A stretch of 64,000 nucleotides of DNA from Terriglobia bacterium. Lineage in GTDB: Bacteria; Acidobacteriota; Terriglobia; Acidiferrales; UBA7541. Both the position numbers and the translations under genes were made by a program. The stretch is taken from contig OY968796.1 in assembly GCA_963695545.1 (NCBI GenBank), positions 3,456,001 to 3,520,000 on the forward strand, read 5' to 3'. A model generated the notes under the pieces. That model made no database searches. It was not told where the DNA came from and was given only the letters and a program-made list of their open reading frames with translations. Within the stretch, counting starts at the first letter, position 1; each line of letters starts with the position of its first letter. Below are positions 1 to 10,999 of the stretch, piece after piece.

Positions 1-1745
1 GATCCCAGCCATTCGAAATATGATGATTCCCTTCCGTCAACGCGGACCTTGAGATACTCGGCTGGCGGAGTGGCCACGGCCGGCGCCGCCAGGCGCTTGA
101 TCGGTTCGGCGAGTTCGTCCGGCGCCGCGGCGCCAAGCTCGCAATAGACGGTGGTGAGGAGTTTGCGAAACATCGCGTCGAACTCGGCGTCGTTCGCCGA
201 ACTGTGCTCCGGGCCGTACCACCAGAACCAATCGCTGCCTTCAGCGGTCAGCAAAGATTCGTAGGCCGCCGCCAATTGCGCTTCGGTGGGAGCGCGACCG
301 GCGCCTGTCGCGTGCGCCGCAGCGCGTTCCGCATAAAACGCGCGAGCCTCGCGCAATAGCTGCCAGCCCGCGACGTCTTCGCGGTGGCCGATCCACACAT
401 CGAAATTCGCGCTGATCCACGACGCCGGAAAAATTCCCCTGTGTGTCTCGATGCCGGCCGCCGCTTTCGCGGCAGTAAGAGCTTCCGTCGCCGTAAGCGC
501 GCGAATGTCCGTGTCGTTTTCGATGCGCCGGTAGAAATCGCGCAAGAAGGCTCGCCCGTTTGCCGGGTAATACTCCCAGGCGTTTTCGCCGTCGAGAATC
601 AGCGAAACGGTGAGCGGGTGAGGCGACTGAATGCGCTCGCCGATCGCGCGCAGGCGCCGATGCAAATCGCCGGCGGCTTCGGCGGAATCCATTCGCGTAT
701 AGACGAAGCCCACGAGATCGGAGAGATAGTGGTCGCGGAAAAAGCAAACGATCTCGCGGCCGTCCACACTCATTCGCCACGGAGCGTAGAGCTGCCTCGC
801 GTTGTCCGGCACGCCCTCTCCGTCGCGACCAAAACCGATGTCGAGCGTGCGGCCCAGAACGCCTTCGTCGGTGGCCGCCCAAGTGAAGCCCAAATCCGCC
901 GCAATGCCCAGCGCCTCGTTTGAAACCGAGCCCTCCGAAGGCCACAGGCCTTTTGGCGCTCGGCCGAAAACGCGCTCGTGATATTGGCGCGCGCGCAACA
1001 ATTGCTCGCGAGCGTCTTGTGGATAGCGGAATGCGGGAATCGGCAGCGGGGTCGCGGGATTCGAGACGCGCGCGATGTCCGTATCGCACAACAGCGGCAA
1101 GATCGGATGATAAAACGGTGTCGCGGAGATTTCGATCTGCCCGCGCTCAGCCGCTAAGCGATATTCGGGCAGAACCCGGCCGAGCAGCTCGAGTTGCTTC
1201 GCGCGCAGGACGGCTTTGTCCCGCTCGGTGTAATCGGATCCTTTGGCGGAAAGGCGCGCGATGTCCGGGTCGCTAGCCAGATACTCCTCGTCCATCCACG
1301 CGAGCTGCGAAAGGAATTGCAGATCGCGCCAATCGCGCAGGCCAAGCACCGCGGCGGAACGCTCCGTGCCTTGGGATTGAACCCTGTCAGCGAGCTCGAG
1401 GTAGCGCGGCCAGCGAGACATCAGGCGCTCGCGATTCAGTTGGAACGCGCGCAAAAGGATTTCCTGCTTCTGCTCCTCGCTCAGTGTTTCCGCCGGGGCG
1501 AACGCCGCGTCGAACCAGGGCTCGTCAAATTTTCCGCTCGCGTACTCTTCGAGCTGCATGCCGAGCGACGGCACCATGTTGAAGGTGGCGTGCACGCGCG
1601 GAAATTCGCCGAGCACGCGCACCATGCCCCAGTAATCTTTGGTGGCGTGCAGACGCGTCCAGGGCAGGACGTAACGGCCGCTCGAAGGGTCGCGGTACTG
1701 CGGCTGGTGCATGTGCCACAGGATCATGAGGTGGATACGGGTCAT
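1..1745 (-). CDS. Glycoside hydrolase family 57 protein (amylopullulanase/alpha-amylase-like); 3' end runs off the window start
   Basis: Not in the ORF track. Manual translation from ATG at 1745 gives MTRIHLMILWHMHQPQYRDPSSGRYVLPWTRLHATKDY..., with the GH57 HxHQP motif and WxRLH. Confidence 0.9.
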   Translation of the reverse strand, partial: MTRIHLMILWHMHQPQYRDPSSGRYVLPWTRLHATKDYWGMVRVLGEFPRVHATFNMVPSLGMQLEEYASGKFDEPWFDAAFAPAETLSEEQKQEILLRAFQLNRERLMSRWPRYLELADRVQSQGTERSAAVLGLRDWRDLQFLSQLAWMDEEYLASDPDIARLSAKGSDYTERDKAVLRAKQLELLGRVLPEYRLAAERGQIEISATPFYHPILPLLCDTDIARVSNPATPLPIPAFRYPQDAREQLLRARQYHERVFGRAPKGLWPSEGSVSNEALGIAADLGFTWAATDEGVLGRTLDIGFGRDGEGVPDNARQLYAPWRMSVDGREIVCFFRDHYLSDLVGFVYTRMDSAEAAGDLHRRLRAIGERIQSPHPLTVSLILDGENAWEYYPANGRAFLRDFYRRIENDTDIRALTATEALTAAKAAAGIETHRGIFPASWISANFDVWIGHREDVAGWQLLREARAFYAERAAAHATGAGRAPTEAQLAAAYESLLTAEGSDWFWWYGPEHSSANDAEFDAMFRKLLTTVYCELGAAAPDELAEPIKRLAAPAVATPPAEYLKVRVDGRESSYFEWLG

Positions 1746-1856
1746 CGCGGTTGTTTAGGTCCGCCCCTACGCGGCGCCCCACGCATTGCGCGGCGCGCGA
1801 GCAAGCGCGATGCGCACGCGATGCCGCGGTGCAACGTGCTAAAATCTCGGCCCGCG

Positions 1857-4196
1857 ATGCGTCCTGTGCTTCGGTTGATCGACCGGTACATCCTCCGCGA
1901 GGTTTTTTCGCACACGCTGTTGGGCCTGGCGGTTTTCACTTTCGTTTTTTTCGTTCCACAACTTGTCCGGCTGATGGATCTGGTGGTGCGGCACACCACC
2001 ACTTGGGGCGACGTCGGCGCGCTCTTCGTGTGCACCCTGCCCGGCATGCTGACGTTCACGCTGCCGATGGGTTTGCTGGTTGGCATGCTGATCGGCCTGG
2101 GCCGTCTCTCGGCAGATAGCGAACTCATCGCCATGAACGCCCTGGGCATGGGGCCTCGCAGCGTATTGGTTCCCGTGGGAATGCTGGCGTTCGCATTCAC
2201 GGCGATCACGGCGGTGCTCACCATTTGGATCGCGCCGGCCGCTGTGCACACGTATCGCTCCCTGCAAAATCGGATCGTCTCTTCACAGGCATCGTTCGAG
2301 GTAGAGCCGCGCGTTTTCGACGAGCGGTTTCCTCATCTCGTACTCTACGTTCAAGATGTCTCGGCGGTCGCCACCCGATGGCATGGCGTCTTCCTGGCGA
2401 GTACCGACCCGCAGCAGGATTCTCGCCTGACCTTGGCGGAAGAAGCGATTGTAATTGCCGACCCACAGCAGGGCAAGCTTGACTTGCACTTGCGCGACGG
2501 AAGCGTCCACCAAGTGGACGTCGCCGATCCCGATCACTACACGCTGAGCGCTTTCGGCCAACGCGATTGGCCGATTGACGCTTCGAGTCCCGATACCGAG
2601 CAAGCGCCCGTCCCAACGCTCGCCGAATTGCCGACCGCGGATCTGCTGGCGGGGCGCATTCCCTACCGCGGCGTCGATCGGGCGCTCGATGTGGTGCAAG
2701 CGCGCGTGGAGCTGGAACGCCGTTTCGCGTTCCCCGCCGCGTGCATCGCGTTTGCGCTGCTTGCGATTCCGCTGGGCTCGCGGCCGCGACGCGGCGGCCG
2801 CGCGGTCGGCGTGCTGATCACGCTGCTGCTGGTGAGCGCCTACTACGTGCTGTTTACGCTCGGGGCCGCGCTCGCCCGCGATGGGACGCTGCCGGCATGG
2901 GTCGGCATCTGGATGCCCAACGTTTTGGTCGCGGCCGTGGGCATGGCGCTCCTGCCGCGCATGGGAAGAATCGCAAGCGAGGGTCGGATCACCCGCGCCC
3001 TGGCCCGGATCGCGGAACGCCGCGCGGCCAAGAAAAAGTTTCAGGGGGCGGCCGGTGAAGCGTCGGCGATTCAGAAATCGCGCGTCCGGCCGAGGCGCGC
3101 AGGACTCGGTTCTGTGCTGGATTGGTATGTGCTCCGGGGCTTCCTGTTTTATTTCGTGCTGCTACTGGCGGGATTCATTCTGCTGTTCGAGACATTCACG
3201 TTCTTCGAACTCCTGGACGACATCACGCAACACCGCGTCGGCTGGATCGAGGTGCTGAACTATTTCCGCTTTCTGAGCATCTCGAACTTCTATCAATTCT
3301 CGCCGCTCGCCGCGCTCACCGCGGTGCTGGTCGCGCTCGGTGTGCTGGCGAAGAACAACGAGATCGTGGCTTTCAAAGCCGCCGGTATCAGCTTGTATCG
3401 CGTATCACTGCCTCTGCTCACTGTGGGACTGCTTCTGGCGGGTGGGCTAGTGGTGCTCGACGACACCTATCTTCCGTACGCCAACCAGCGCCAGGACGAA
3501 CTTTACAACGAGATCAAGGGCCGGCCGCCGCAAACCTACTTTTCTCCGCAGCACCAGTGGATCTTTGGCGAGAACTCGAAGATCTACAATTACGATCTGT
3601 TCGATTCCGACCACAATCTGTTCGGCGGCCTGAGCGTTTTTGAGCTCGACCCCACGACCTTCCAATTGCGCCGCCGCGTCTATGCCGCGCGCGCCCACTG
3701 GTTGGCGCAGCAGCACACCTGGATTCTCGAATCCGGCTGGATACGCGATTTTCAAGACGGACGCGTCACGAGCTACGTCCCATTCGTCGGCAATGCCCTG
3801 CCGGAGCTCGATGAGCCGCCCGACTATTTCAAGCGCGAGGTGCGCCAATCGAATCAGATGAATTGGCCGCAGCTGCGGCGCTACATCGACAGCCTCGAAC
3901 GCGCGGGCTTCGATGTGGCGCGCCTCTCCGTGCAGTTGTACAAGAAACTCGCGTTTCCTCTGATCGCGCCGATCATCATTTTGCTGGCGATTCCCTTCTC
4001 ACTTCTGGTCGGCACGCGCGGAGCCGTCGGCGGACTGGCGCTTGGCATCGGCATCGGCATTCTCTACTGGGCGGTTTCGGCGCTGTTTGAGGCCATGGGA
4101 GCGGTCGGCCAGTTGCCACCGTTCATGGCCGCGTGGTCTCCCGACTTTATTTTCGGATTTCTCGCTCTGTACTTTTTTCTTCGCATGCCGACATGA
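1857..4196 (+). CDS. lptF: Fused LPS export permease LptF-LptG (YjgP/YjgQ family, two halves)
   Basis: Two tandem modules begin LIDRYILREV and VLDWYVLRGF, with GRLSADSELIAM and KNNEIVAFKAAGIS motifs. Start moved from 1194, which overlaps GH57, to ATG 1857 after a TGcTAAAAT -10-like element. Confidence 0.9.
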   Translation: MRPVLRLIDRYILREVFSHTLLGLAVFTFVFFVPQLVRLMDLVVRHTTTWGDVGALFVCTLPGMLTFTLPMGLLVGMLIGLGRLSADSELIAMNALGMGPRSVLVPVGMLAFAFTAITAVLTIWIAPAAVHTYRSLQNRIVSSQASFEVEPRVFDERFPHLVLYVQDVSAVATRWHGVFLASTDPQQDSRLTLAEEAIVIADPQQGKLDLHLRDGSVHQVDVADPDHYTLSAFGQRDWPIDASSPDTEQAPVPTLAELPTADLLAGRIPYRGVDRALDVVQARVELERRFAFPAACIAFALLAIPLGSRPRRGGRAVGVLITLLLVSAYYVLFTLGAALARDGTLPAWVGIWMPNVLVAAVGMALLPRMGRIASEGRITRALARIAERRAAKKKFQGAAGEASAIQKSRVRPRRAGLGSVLDWYVLRGFLFYFVLLLAGFILLFETFTFFELLDDITQHRVGWIEVLNYFRFLSISNFYQFSPLAALTAVLVALGVLAKNNEIVAFKAAGISLYRVSLPLLTVGLLLAGGLVVLDDTYLPYANQRQDELYNEIKGRPPQTYFSPQHQWIFGENSKIYNYDLFDSDHNLFGGLSVFELDPTTFQLRRRVYAARAHWLAQQHTWILESGWIRDFQDGRVTSYVPFVGNALPELDEPPDYFKREVRQSNQMNWPQLRRYIDSLERAGFDVARLSVQLYKKLAFPLIAPIIILLAIPFSLLVGTRGAVGGLALGIGIGILYWAVSALFEAMGAVGQLPPFMAAWSPDFIFGFLALYFFLRMPT

Positions 4197-4260
4197 AAGG
4201 CGCGTGCGCGCTCAGCGGCGAGCCCGTTGCACGCGCGGCGTATTCCGGCGAACTCGATTT

Positions 4261-4881
4261 TCAGCGGGGAAGCAGCGAGCGGATCTTCTGAATCACCAGG
4301 TCGATACCCACTTCGTTCGAGCCGCCTTCGGGGATAATCACATCAGCGTGACGCTTTGAGGGCTCGATGAATTCCAAGTGCATCGGCCGAACCGTCTCGA
4401 GGTATTGCTTCACCACCGATTCTGGCGATCGGCCGCGCTCGCGGATGTCGCGCCCCATGCGGCGGATGAAGCGAATGTCGGCGGGGGTATCCACGAAAAT
4501 CTTGATGTCCATCAGGGCGCGCAGAGCGGCATTCTCGAAAATCAGGATTCCTTCGACAATCAGCGCGGGGCGCGGCTCCACGCGCTTGGTCTTTCCCGTT
4601 CGAGAGTGTTGTGAGAAATCGTAGATCGGTTGATCGACGACTTTCCCGGCGCGCAGTTGGCGAACCTGCTCGACGAGCAGGTCGCCATCGAGCGCGTTCG
4701 GATGGTCGAAATTTTGTTTGTGCCGTTCGTGAAGCGCGACATCCGAAAGGTCGCGGTAATAATTATCCTGCTGCAGAACGAGGGTTGTATCCGGCGGAAG
4801 CGCCGAAAAGATCCGCTCGGTGATCGTGGTCTTGCCCGAGCCGGTCCCGCCGCAGATTCCGATGACCAGCGCGTCAGGCAA
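4261..4881 (-). CDS. udk: Uridine kinase
   Basis: GICGGTGSGKTT P-loop, QDNYY, NFDHPNA, IVEGIL, RDIRERGRS. Confidence 0.95.
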   Translation of the reverse strand: MPDALVIGICGGTGSGKTTITERIFSALPPDTTLVLQQDNYYRDLSDVALHERHKQNFDHPNALDGDLLVEQVRQLRAGKVVDQPIYDFSQHSRTGKTKRVEPRPALIVEGILIFENAALRALMDIKIFVDTPADIRFIRRMGRDIRERGRSPESVVKQYLETVRPMHLEFIEPSKRHADVIIPEGGSNEVGIDLVIQKIRSLLPR

Positions 4882-5027
4882 ATGAGTCGCTCCAGCGTAG
4901 TAAGGCGCTGCTCACGGGCCCGATTGTGCCAGTCGGCCCGCCGACTGTCGAGATGACCGCGGCATGCGGCGCTGCCTCAACCATCTCGGCGGCGCCTTTG
5001 CGCGGCACGCCTATCGCCGCGGCTCGC

Positions 5028-7730
5028 CTATCGCTTGGACCTGCCGCGAGATTTCTTTGCGCGCTTTTCCTCGATCACCGCCTGGGCCGCCGCCAAACGC
5101 GCGATCGGCACGCGGTACGGCGATGCGCTCACATAGTTCATCCCCGCCGTATGGCAGAATTTCACGCTGTCCGCGTCGCCACCATGTTCGCCGCATATGC
5201 CGATCTTGAGCTTCGGCCGTGTCTTGCGCCCCCGGCCGATCGCCCAATCGATCAGCAAGCCGACTCCCGCAACGTCGAGCGTTTGGAACGGATCGGCCTT
5301 GAAGATGCCGGCCTTTTTCTCATCGACGTAGTCGGGCAAAAACCGGCCGGCATCGTCACGAGAAAGACCCATCACGGTTTGCGTCAGGTCGTTTGTGCCA
5401 AAGGAAAAGAACTCGGCGACTTCCGCGATTTGGTCCGCTAGCAGTGCCGCGCGCGGCAGCTCGATCATCGTGCCGACGAGATACTCGAGCTTCGCTCCAG
5501 CCTTTTTCAATACCTCACCTGCTACTCGATGTGTTGCGTCGGTGAGAATTTGCAACTCCTTACGATCGAGAATTAAGGGATGCATAATCTCAGGTAACAC
5601 TTTAATTCCAGATCTACGACATTCAACGGCGGCCTCGATGATCGCCGTGACTTGCATCTCGAGGATCTCTGGATAGGTGATCGAGAGGCGGCTTCCGCGA
5701 TGGCCTAGCATCGGGTTGGCCTCGCGCAATTGCTCCACGCGCCGCGCCACCACCTCCACAGGCACACCGATCTTGGCCGCCAACTCCTCCTGGTGTTCCC
5801 GATCGTGCGGCACGAATTCGTGCAGCGGCGGATCGAGCAAGCGGATGGTCACCGGAAAGCCATCCATCGCCGTGAAGATGCCGATGAAATCGCGTCGTTG
5901 AAACGGCAGCAATTTCGCCAGGGCTTTGCGCCGCGCTTCGGGGCTATCGGCAACGATCATTTCCTGGATCGCGAGTTGCCGGTCGATACTTTTCTCGGGC
6001 TGCTCGAAATCCTTGAAGAACATGTGCTCCGTACGGCAGAGCCCAATTCCCTGCGCGCCCATTTCGCGAGCCTTGCGCGCGTCGTGCGGCGTGTCGGCGT
6101 TGGTGCGCACGAGTAAGCGCCGCACTTTGTCGGTCCAGCCCATCAGCGTGCGATAGGAATCCGACAGCTCGGGAGTCACGAGCGGCACCTGGCCCTCGTA
6201 GACGGCGCCCTCGTTGCCGTCGAGCGTGATCCAATCGCCTTCGCGGACCACGTGCTCCCCGGCCTTCATGGTTTTCTGCGAGTAATCGATGTCCAGCTTT
6301 TCCGCCCCGACGATGCAACACTTGCCCCAACCGCGCGCGACGACCGCCGCGTGGCTGGTTTTCCCGCCGGTCGCCGTCAGAATTCCCTGCGCCACGAACA
6401 TTCCGCCTACGTCTTCGGGACTGGTTTCGCGCCGCACCAGAATCACTCGCTCGCCGCGCTTGGCCCACTCTTCGGCCTCGGGAGCGGTGAAGATCGCGCG
6501 CCCCACGGCCGCGCCAGGCACGGCATTGATTCCCTCGCCCAATTTGCGTTTGGCGAGTTCGGGGCGCGGCACTGACGCGTCGATCACCGGATAAAACAGA
6601 CGCTCGATGTCCTCGCCCTTGACGCGCTCGATCGCTTCGTCCTTTGAGATCAAACCCTCGTTCGCCATATCCACGGCCATCTTGAATGTCGCGGTCGGCG
6701 TGCGCTTGCCCACGCGCGTTTGCAACATGTAAAGCTTTCCTTCTTCAACGGTGAATTCCATGTCCTGCATGTCGCGGTAGTGGTGCTCGAGGATCCCGCG
6801 CACTTTTTCGAGCTGCCTGTAGATTTTCGGCATGCGCTTCGCCATGTCGTCCAAGTGCATCGGCGTACGGATGCCGGCAACCACGTCTTCGCCCTGCGCA
6901 TTGATCAGGAAATCTCCGTAGAAAACCTTCGCGCCCGTCGAAGGATCGCGCGTGAAGCACACACCGGTGCCGGAATTTTCGCCCGTGTTGCCAAACACCA
7001 TTTGTACGATGTTCACCGCCGTCCCAACCAAGCCCGTGATGTGCTCGACGCGGCGATAGGTGACCGCCTTTTCCGCCATCCACGATCCGAACACGGCGCC
7101 GATCGCGCCCCAAAGTTGTTCCTCAGGATCGTCCGGAAAATCCTCGCCTGTTTTCGACTTAAAGTATTTCTTGTACTCTTGAACGAGCTCGCGCCATCCT
7201 TCAGCAGGAACGGCTGTATCCTCCTTAATATTGCGTTTCGACTTCATCTCGCGCAGTTTGTCTTCAAGCTCCTCCTTGGGTAGGCCGATCACTACGCTCG
7301 AATACATCTGCACGAAGCGCCGGTAAGCGTCCCACGCGAAACGATCATCGCCGATGCTCTTCGCGAGGCCCTGCACCGAAGTGGGATTGAGCCCCAGGTT
7401 GAGAATCGTCTCCATCATTCCCGGCATGGATCGCGCGGAGCCGGAACGCACGCTGACCAGCAGCGGATCCTTGCCATCGCCGAGCTTCTTGCCCGTGGCG
7501 CGCTCAAGGCGCTGAATGTTCTTGCGCACTTCGGCCTTCAGACTCGTGGGGAATTTGCGGCCATGCTTGTAGTAGTAGTCGCAGCACTCTGTGGTGATCG
7601 TGAATCCCGCGGGGACCGGTAGCCCAATCCGCGTCATCTCTGCCAGCCCGGCGCCCTTGCCGCCGAGCAGATTCTTCATCTCTCCATCGCCCTCTGCCTT
7701 GCCTGCTCCAAAAAAGTAGACGAATTTCAC
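5028..7730 (-). CDS. ppdK: Pyruvate, phosphate dikinase
   Basis: LLGGKGAGLAEM, VSVRSG, NAQGEDVVAG, GGKTSHAAVVARG (phospho-His), SFGTNDLTQ, GICGEHGG. Probable start is GTG 7730 (KFVYFFG). Confidence 0.97.
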   Translation of the reverse strand: MKFVYFFGAGKAEGDGEMKNLLGGKGAGLAEMTRIGLPVPAGFTITTECCDYYYKHGRKFPTSLKAEVRKNIQRLERATGKKLGDGKDPLLVSVRSGSARSMPGMMETILNLGLNPTSVQGLAKSIGDDRFAWDAYRRFVQMYSSVVIGLPKEELEDKLREMKSKRNIKEDTAVPAEGWRELVQEYKKYFKSKTGEDFPDDPEEQLWGAIGAVFGSWMAEKAVTYRRVEHITGLVGTAVNIVQMVFGNTGENSGTGVCFTRDPSTGAKVFYGDFLINAQGEDVVAGIRTPMHLDDMAKRMPKIYRQLEKVRGILEHHYRDMQDMEFTVEEGKLYMLQTRVGKRTPTATFKMAVDMANEGLISKDEAIERVKGEDIERLFYPVIDASVPRPELAKRKLGEGINAVPGAAVGRAIFTAPEAEEWAKRGERVILVRRETSPEDVGGMFVAQGILTATGGKTSHAAVVARGWGKCCIVGAEKLDIDYSQKTMKAGEHVVREGDWITLDGNEGAVYEGQVPLVTPELSDSYRTLMGWTDKVRRLLVRTNADTPHDARKAREMGAQGIGLCRTEHMFFKDFEQPEKSIDRQLAIQEMIVADSPEARRKALAKLLPFQRRDFIGIFTAMDGFPVTIRLLDPPLHEFVPHDREHQEELAAKIGVPVEVVARRVEQLREANPMLGHRGSRLSITYPEILEMQVTAIIEAAVECRRSGIKVLPEIMHPLILDRKELQILTDATHRVAGEVLKKAGAKLEYLVGTMIELPRAALLADQIAEVAEFFSFGTNDLTQTVMGLSRDDAGRFLPDYVDEKKAGIFKADPFQTLDVAGVGLLIDWAIGRGRKTRPKLKIGICGEHGGDADSVKFCHTAGMNYVSASPYRVPIARLAAAQAVIEEKRAKKSRGRSKR

Positions 7731-7862
7731 TCTCGAGCTCCTTTTATAGTTATCGAAGTTTATTGCGCATTGCAATTTTGTTCCGCGCGCCGAATTGAGA
7801 ATTAAACATCAACTGATTTTTCGTCGGCGCGCCGACATCAAAAACTGAAACCTTAACTTTAG

Positions 7863-10007
7863 TTATTTCGATTGCCTCGGAACGATCTCCGAAAAATCCG
7901 CGATCGTTGAAAATTGTGCCAGCAGCTCCGCGAGCAGCGTCAAACGGTTCTTGCGTACCTCCGCGTCCTCAGACATCACCATCACGCCGTCAAAAAATCG
8001 ATCGACTGCGGGACGCAGCGTCGCAATTCGCTCCAGCGCCTCCCGATAATGCCGCGCGCGCTTTTCATTCTCCACCTCCCCAGATACTCGCGCCACAGCC
8101 GCGTACAATTCCTTCTCGGCGGGCTCGACGAATAGCTCCGGACGCACCGCCGGAAGACGCCAGCCGCTCGCTGGCCCGGCCTTCTCCAGAATTTTCCGGA
8201 TTCTCTTGAAGCTCACTGCCAGCGGCTCGAAATTCTTCGTGTCGCGGATGGCCTGCACGGATTCCATTCGCCGCAGCGCGTCCACCAAATCATCCGCACC
8301 AGCCGCAAGAGCGGCCTTGACCTCGTCATACGCGCCACCCCAGCGCTCTTCAAACGCATAACGCGCACGGTCCAAAAGAAAATCCAACACGCTGCGCTCA
8401 ACCTCTGGCGCGACTTCGATCCTCGGCGAGGACGATCCGAGAATCCGTGCCGCCTGCGCGACCGCGCCCGAAAGCGAAAGTGGCAGCTTGCGCTCTACCA
8501 CGATCTTGACGATGCCCGTGGCCGCGCGGCGCAAAGCAAAAGGATCGCTTGAACCTGTGGGCGCGAGGCCGACGGCGAAACACCCAACCAGCGTATCGAG
8601 CTTGTCCGCAAGCGAGACCGTGCACCCGGTGAGATTCCGTGGAATTTCATCGTCAAGCCCGACCGGCCGATAGTGATCGCGGACTGCTTCGGAAATTTCC
8701 TGAGGTTCTCCTTGAGCTTTCGCATAGAGCCCGCCGACAACTCCCTGCAGCTCCGGGAACTCCCCAACCATTTGCGTGACGAGGTCACACTTTGCAAGTT
8801 CAGCGGCGCGATCCACACCTGCGACGCTCGCTTCATGAATTCCTTGCGCGAACCACTGATCGGCAATCCATCGCGCGAGCGCGCGGACGCGTTCGACTTT
8901 CTGCGCGTAGCTTCCAAGTTTTTCTTGAAATGTTACTTGAGCAAGTCTCGGGAGATTGTCGGCCAGCCGACATTTCTGATCGGCCTCCCAGAAAAATCGT
9001 GCGTCGGCAAATCGTGCGCGGAGCACGCGCTCATGGCCGGCGCGAATCAATCCCGCGCGATCACGGTCCAGATTGATCACGGCGAGGAAGCCGGGCGCAA
9101 GGCTGCCGTCGCGCCGATCCAGCGCGAAATATTTCTGATGGTCGCGCATCACCGTGGTCAGGATTTCCCGCGGCAGATCGAGGTAGCCGGGATCGAAGTT
9201 CCCTGCAATCACCGTTGGGTATTCATTAAGATAGACCACCGCGTTCAGCAGCGCGGGATCGTGATGCAACTTGGCGCCTTCGCGCTTTGCGAGGCGCTCG
9301 AGTTCGGATTCAATCTTGCGTTGGCGATCCTCCGGACGCGCGAGAACGAAGTTCGATCGCAATCGCGCGACGTAATCCTTCGGGCCGCGCAAAACGATCT
9401 TTGACTTTCCCAGGAAGCGATGGCCGGATGTCAGGTTCCCAGCCGCGATGCCAGCCAGATCGAAACGCACAACTTTGCCGTCGAGCAGCGCCACAATCCA
9501 ACGAACCGGTCGAATGAAGTGCAGCCCCGCTATCCCAGTCCAGTACATCGTGCGCGGCCACGGAATCTGAGCGATCACTTGCGGCAACAGTTCTGCGAGA
9601 ATTTCTTGGGCCGCGCGTCCTCGCGTGATTTTCTTTACCGCCAGACATTCCCCGCGCGGCGTGTCGACCAGAAATAATTTGCTGACGGAGACGCCTTGTT
9701 TCTCCGCGAAGCTCGTCGCCGCGCGTGTCGGCGCGCCGACTGAATCGTACGCCACCGATTTCGGTGGACCGACAATCTCGCGCTCTTCATCAGGCTGACG
9801 GAGCAGAACCGAAGAACACGCCGCAGCAATTCTTCGCGGCGCTGCGAATGTTTCGATGCGCGATTCATCGGCAATCGGATCAATCAATCGATGGGCCGGT
9901 AAATATTTCTCAAGTAGCGCTTTAAATTCTGCCGTGGCCAGCGCAATCATTCCGGCGGGAATCTCTTCGCAGCCAATCTCGATCAGAAGATCCCCGCGCG
10001 TTTTCAT
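7863..10007 (-). CDS. glyS: Glycine--tRNA ligase beta subunit
   Basis: [48 protein letters not shown] 10007 overlaps the glyQ stop. Confidence 0.95.
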   Translation of the reverse strand: MKTRGDLLIEIGCEEIPAGMIALATAEFKALLEKYLPAHRLIDPIADESRIETFAAPRRIAAACSSVLLRQPDEEREIVGPPKSVAYDSVGAPTRAATSFAEKQGVSVSKLFLVDTPRGECLAVKKITRGRAAQEILAELLPQVIAQIPWPRTMYWTGIAGLHFIRPVRWIVALLDGKVVRFDLAGIAAGNLTSGHRFLGKSKIVLRGPKDYVARLRSNFVLARPEDRQRKIESELERLAKREGAKLHHDPALLNAVVYLNEYPTVIAGNFDPGYLDLPREILTTVMRDHQKYFALDRRDGSLAPGFLAVINLDRDRAGLIRAGHERVLRARFADARFFWEADQKCRLADNLPRLAQVTFQEKLGSYAQKVERVRALARWIADQWFAQGIHEASVAGVDRAAELAKCDLVTQMVGEFPELQGVVGGLYAKAQGEPQEISEAVRDHYRPVGLDDEIPRNLTGCTVSLADKLDTLVGCFAVGLAPTGSSDPFALRRAATGIVKIVVERKLPLSLSGAVAQAARILGSSSPRIEVAPEVERSVLDFLLDRARYAFEERWGGAYDEVKAALAAGADDLVDALRRMESVQAIRDTKNFEPLAVSFKRIRKILEKAGPASGWRLPAVRPELFVEPAEKELYAAVARVSGEVENEKRARHYREALERIATLRPAVDRFFDGVMVMSEDAEVRKNRLTLLAELLAQFSTIADFSEIVPRQSK

Positions 10008-10999
10008 AAGGAGACCTCGCCGGATTCTGCGGTCGCAGGCTTTCGCTGATCGAGATACGCCGCCGCCACGCGACACGCGAGTTGCCGCACGCGTCCCATC
10101 AATTGCGCGCGCTCGGTTGTCGAGATCACGCCGCGCGCGTCGAGCACATTAAACAGATTGGAGCACTTGAGGCACTGGTCGTACGCGGCCAGCACCGGAA
10201 AACGGCGCTTCCCTTCCGCGTCTTCTTTCGCGTAGGCATCGAGCAGTCGCGCCGCTTCTTTCTCGTGCAACTCGAACAGGCGCCGCGTGATCGTAGGGTC
10301 GGCCCAATCGAAGTTGTAGGCTGAAAATTGCTGCTCCTCGGCAAGACGAACCTGGCCGTAGGTGGAATCATCCGACCAGCGCACCTCATAAACATTATCC
10401 ACATCTTGAAGGTAGGCGGCGATGCGATCGAGTCCATACGTCAGCTCGACCGAGACCGGATCGAGATCGATGCCGCCGCACTGCTGGAAATATGTGAACT
10501 GCGTGATCTCCAGGCCATCGAGCAGCACTTGCCAGCCCAATCCCCACGCTCCCAGCGTGGGAGATTCCCAGTTATCTTCCTCGAATCGAATGTCATGATC
10601 CGCTAGCCGAATCCCCATCGCGCTCAGGCTCTCGAGATAGAGATTTTGAATGTCCGCCGGAGCGGGCTTAAGGATTACCTGCATTTGATGGTGCTTGAAC
10701 AATCGATTGGGATTTTCACCGTAGCGCCCATCCGCGGGGCGCCGGCTGGGTTGCACGTACGCCACGCGATATGGCTCGGGTCCCAGAACGCGAAGAAATG
10801 TCTCCGGGTGCATCGTACCCGCGCCCACTTCCACATCGTAGGGTTGCTGCAGCACGCACCCGCGCTCGGCCCAGAATCTTTCTAGATTAAGGATCAGCGA
10901 TTGAAACGTGAGGCCCTTGGGCGATGTCTTATGTTTTACTTTAGCTTTCAAATCGTCCTTCTTCTTGGAGTTTTTCCAGGGCTTCGTGGCCCAATTCAA
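10004..10999 (-). CDS. glyQ: Glycine--tRNA ligase alpha subunit
   Basis: [53 protein letters not shown]. Start codon uncertain. Confidence 0.96.
   Translation of the reverse strand: MNWATKPWKNSKKKDDLKAKVKHKTSPKGLTFQSLILNLERFWAERGCVLQQPYDVEVGAGTMHPETFLRVLGPEPYRVAYVQPSRRPADGRYGENPNRLFKHHQMQVILKPAPADIQNLYLESLSAMGIRLADHDIRFEEDNWESPTLGAWGLGWQVLLDGLEITQFTYFQQCGGIDLDPVSVELTYGLDRIAAYLQDVDNVYEVRWSDDSTYGQVRLAEEQQFSAYNFDWADPTITRRLFELHEKEAARLLDAYAKEDAEGKRRFPVLAAYDQCLKCSNLFNVLDARGVISTTERAQLMGRVRQLACRVAAAYLDQRKPATAESGEVSL

Noticed and set aside
1194..1856. N-terminal 221 aa of the 1000-aa ORF
   Set aside because: It is mostly the antisense shadow of the GH57 gene; permease similarity starts near 1857.
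10395..10403. Perfect DnaA box TTATCCACA
   Set aside because: Single copy inside the glyQ coding sequence; no cluster and no dnaA nearby.
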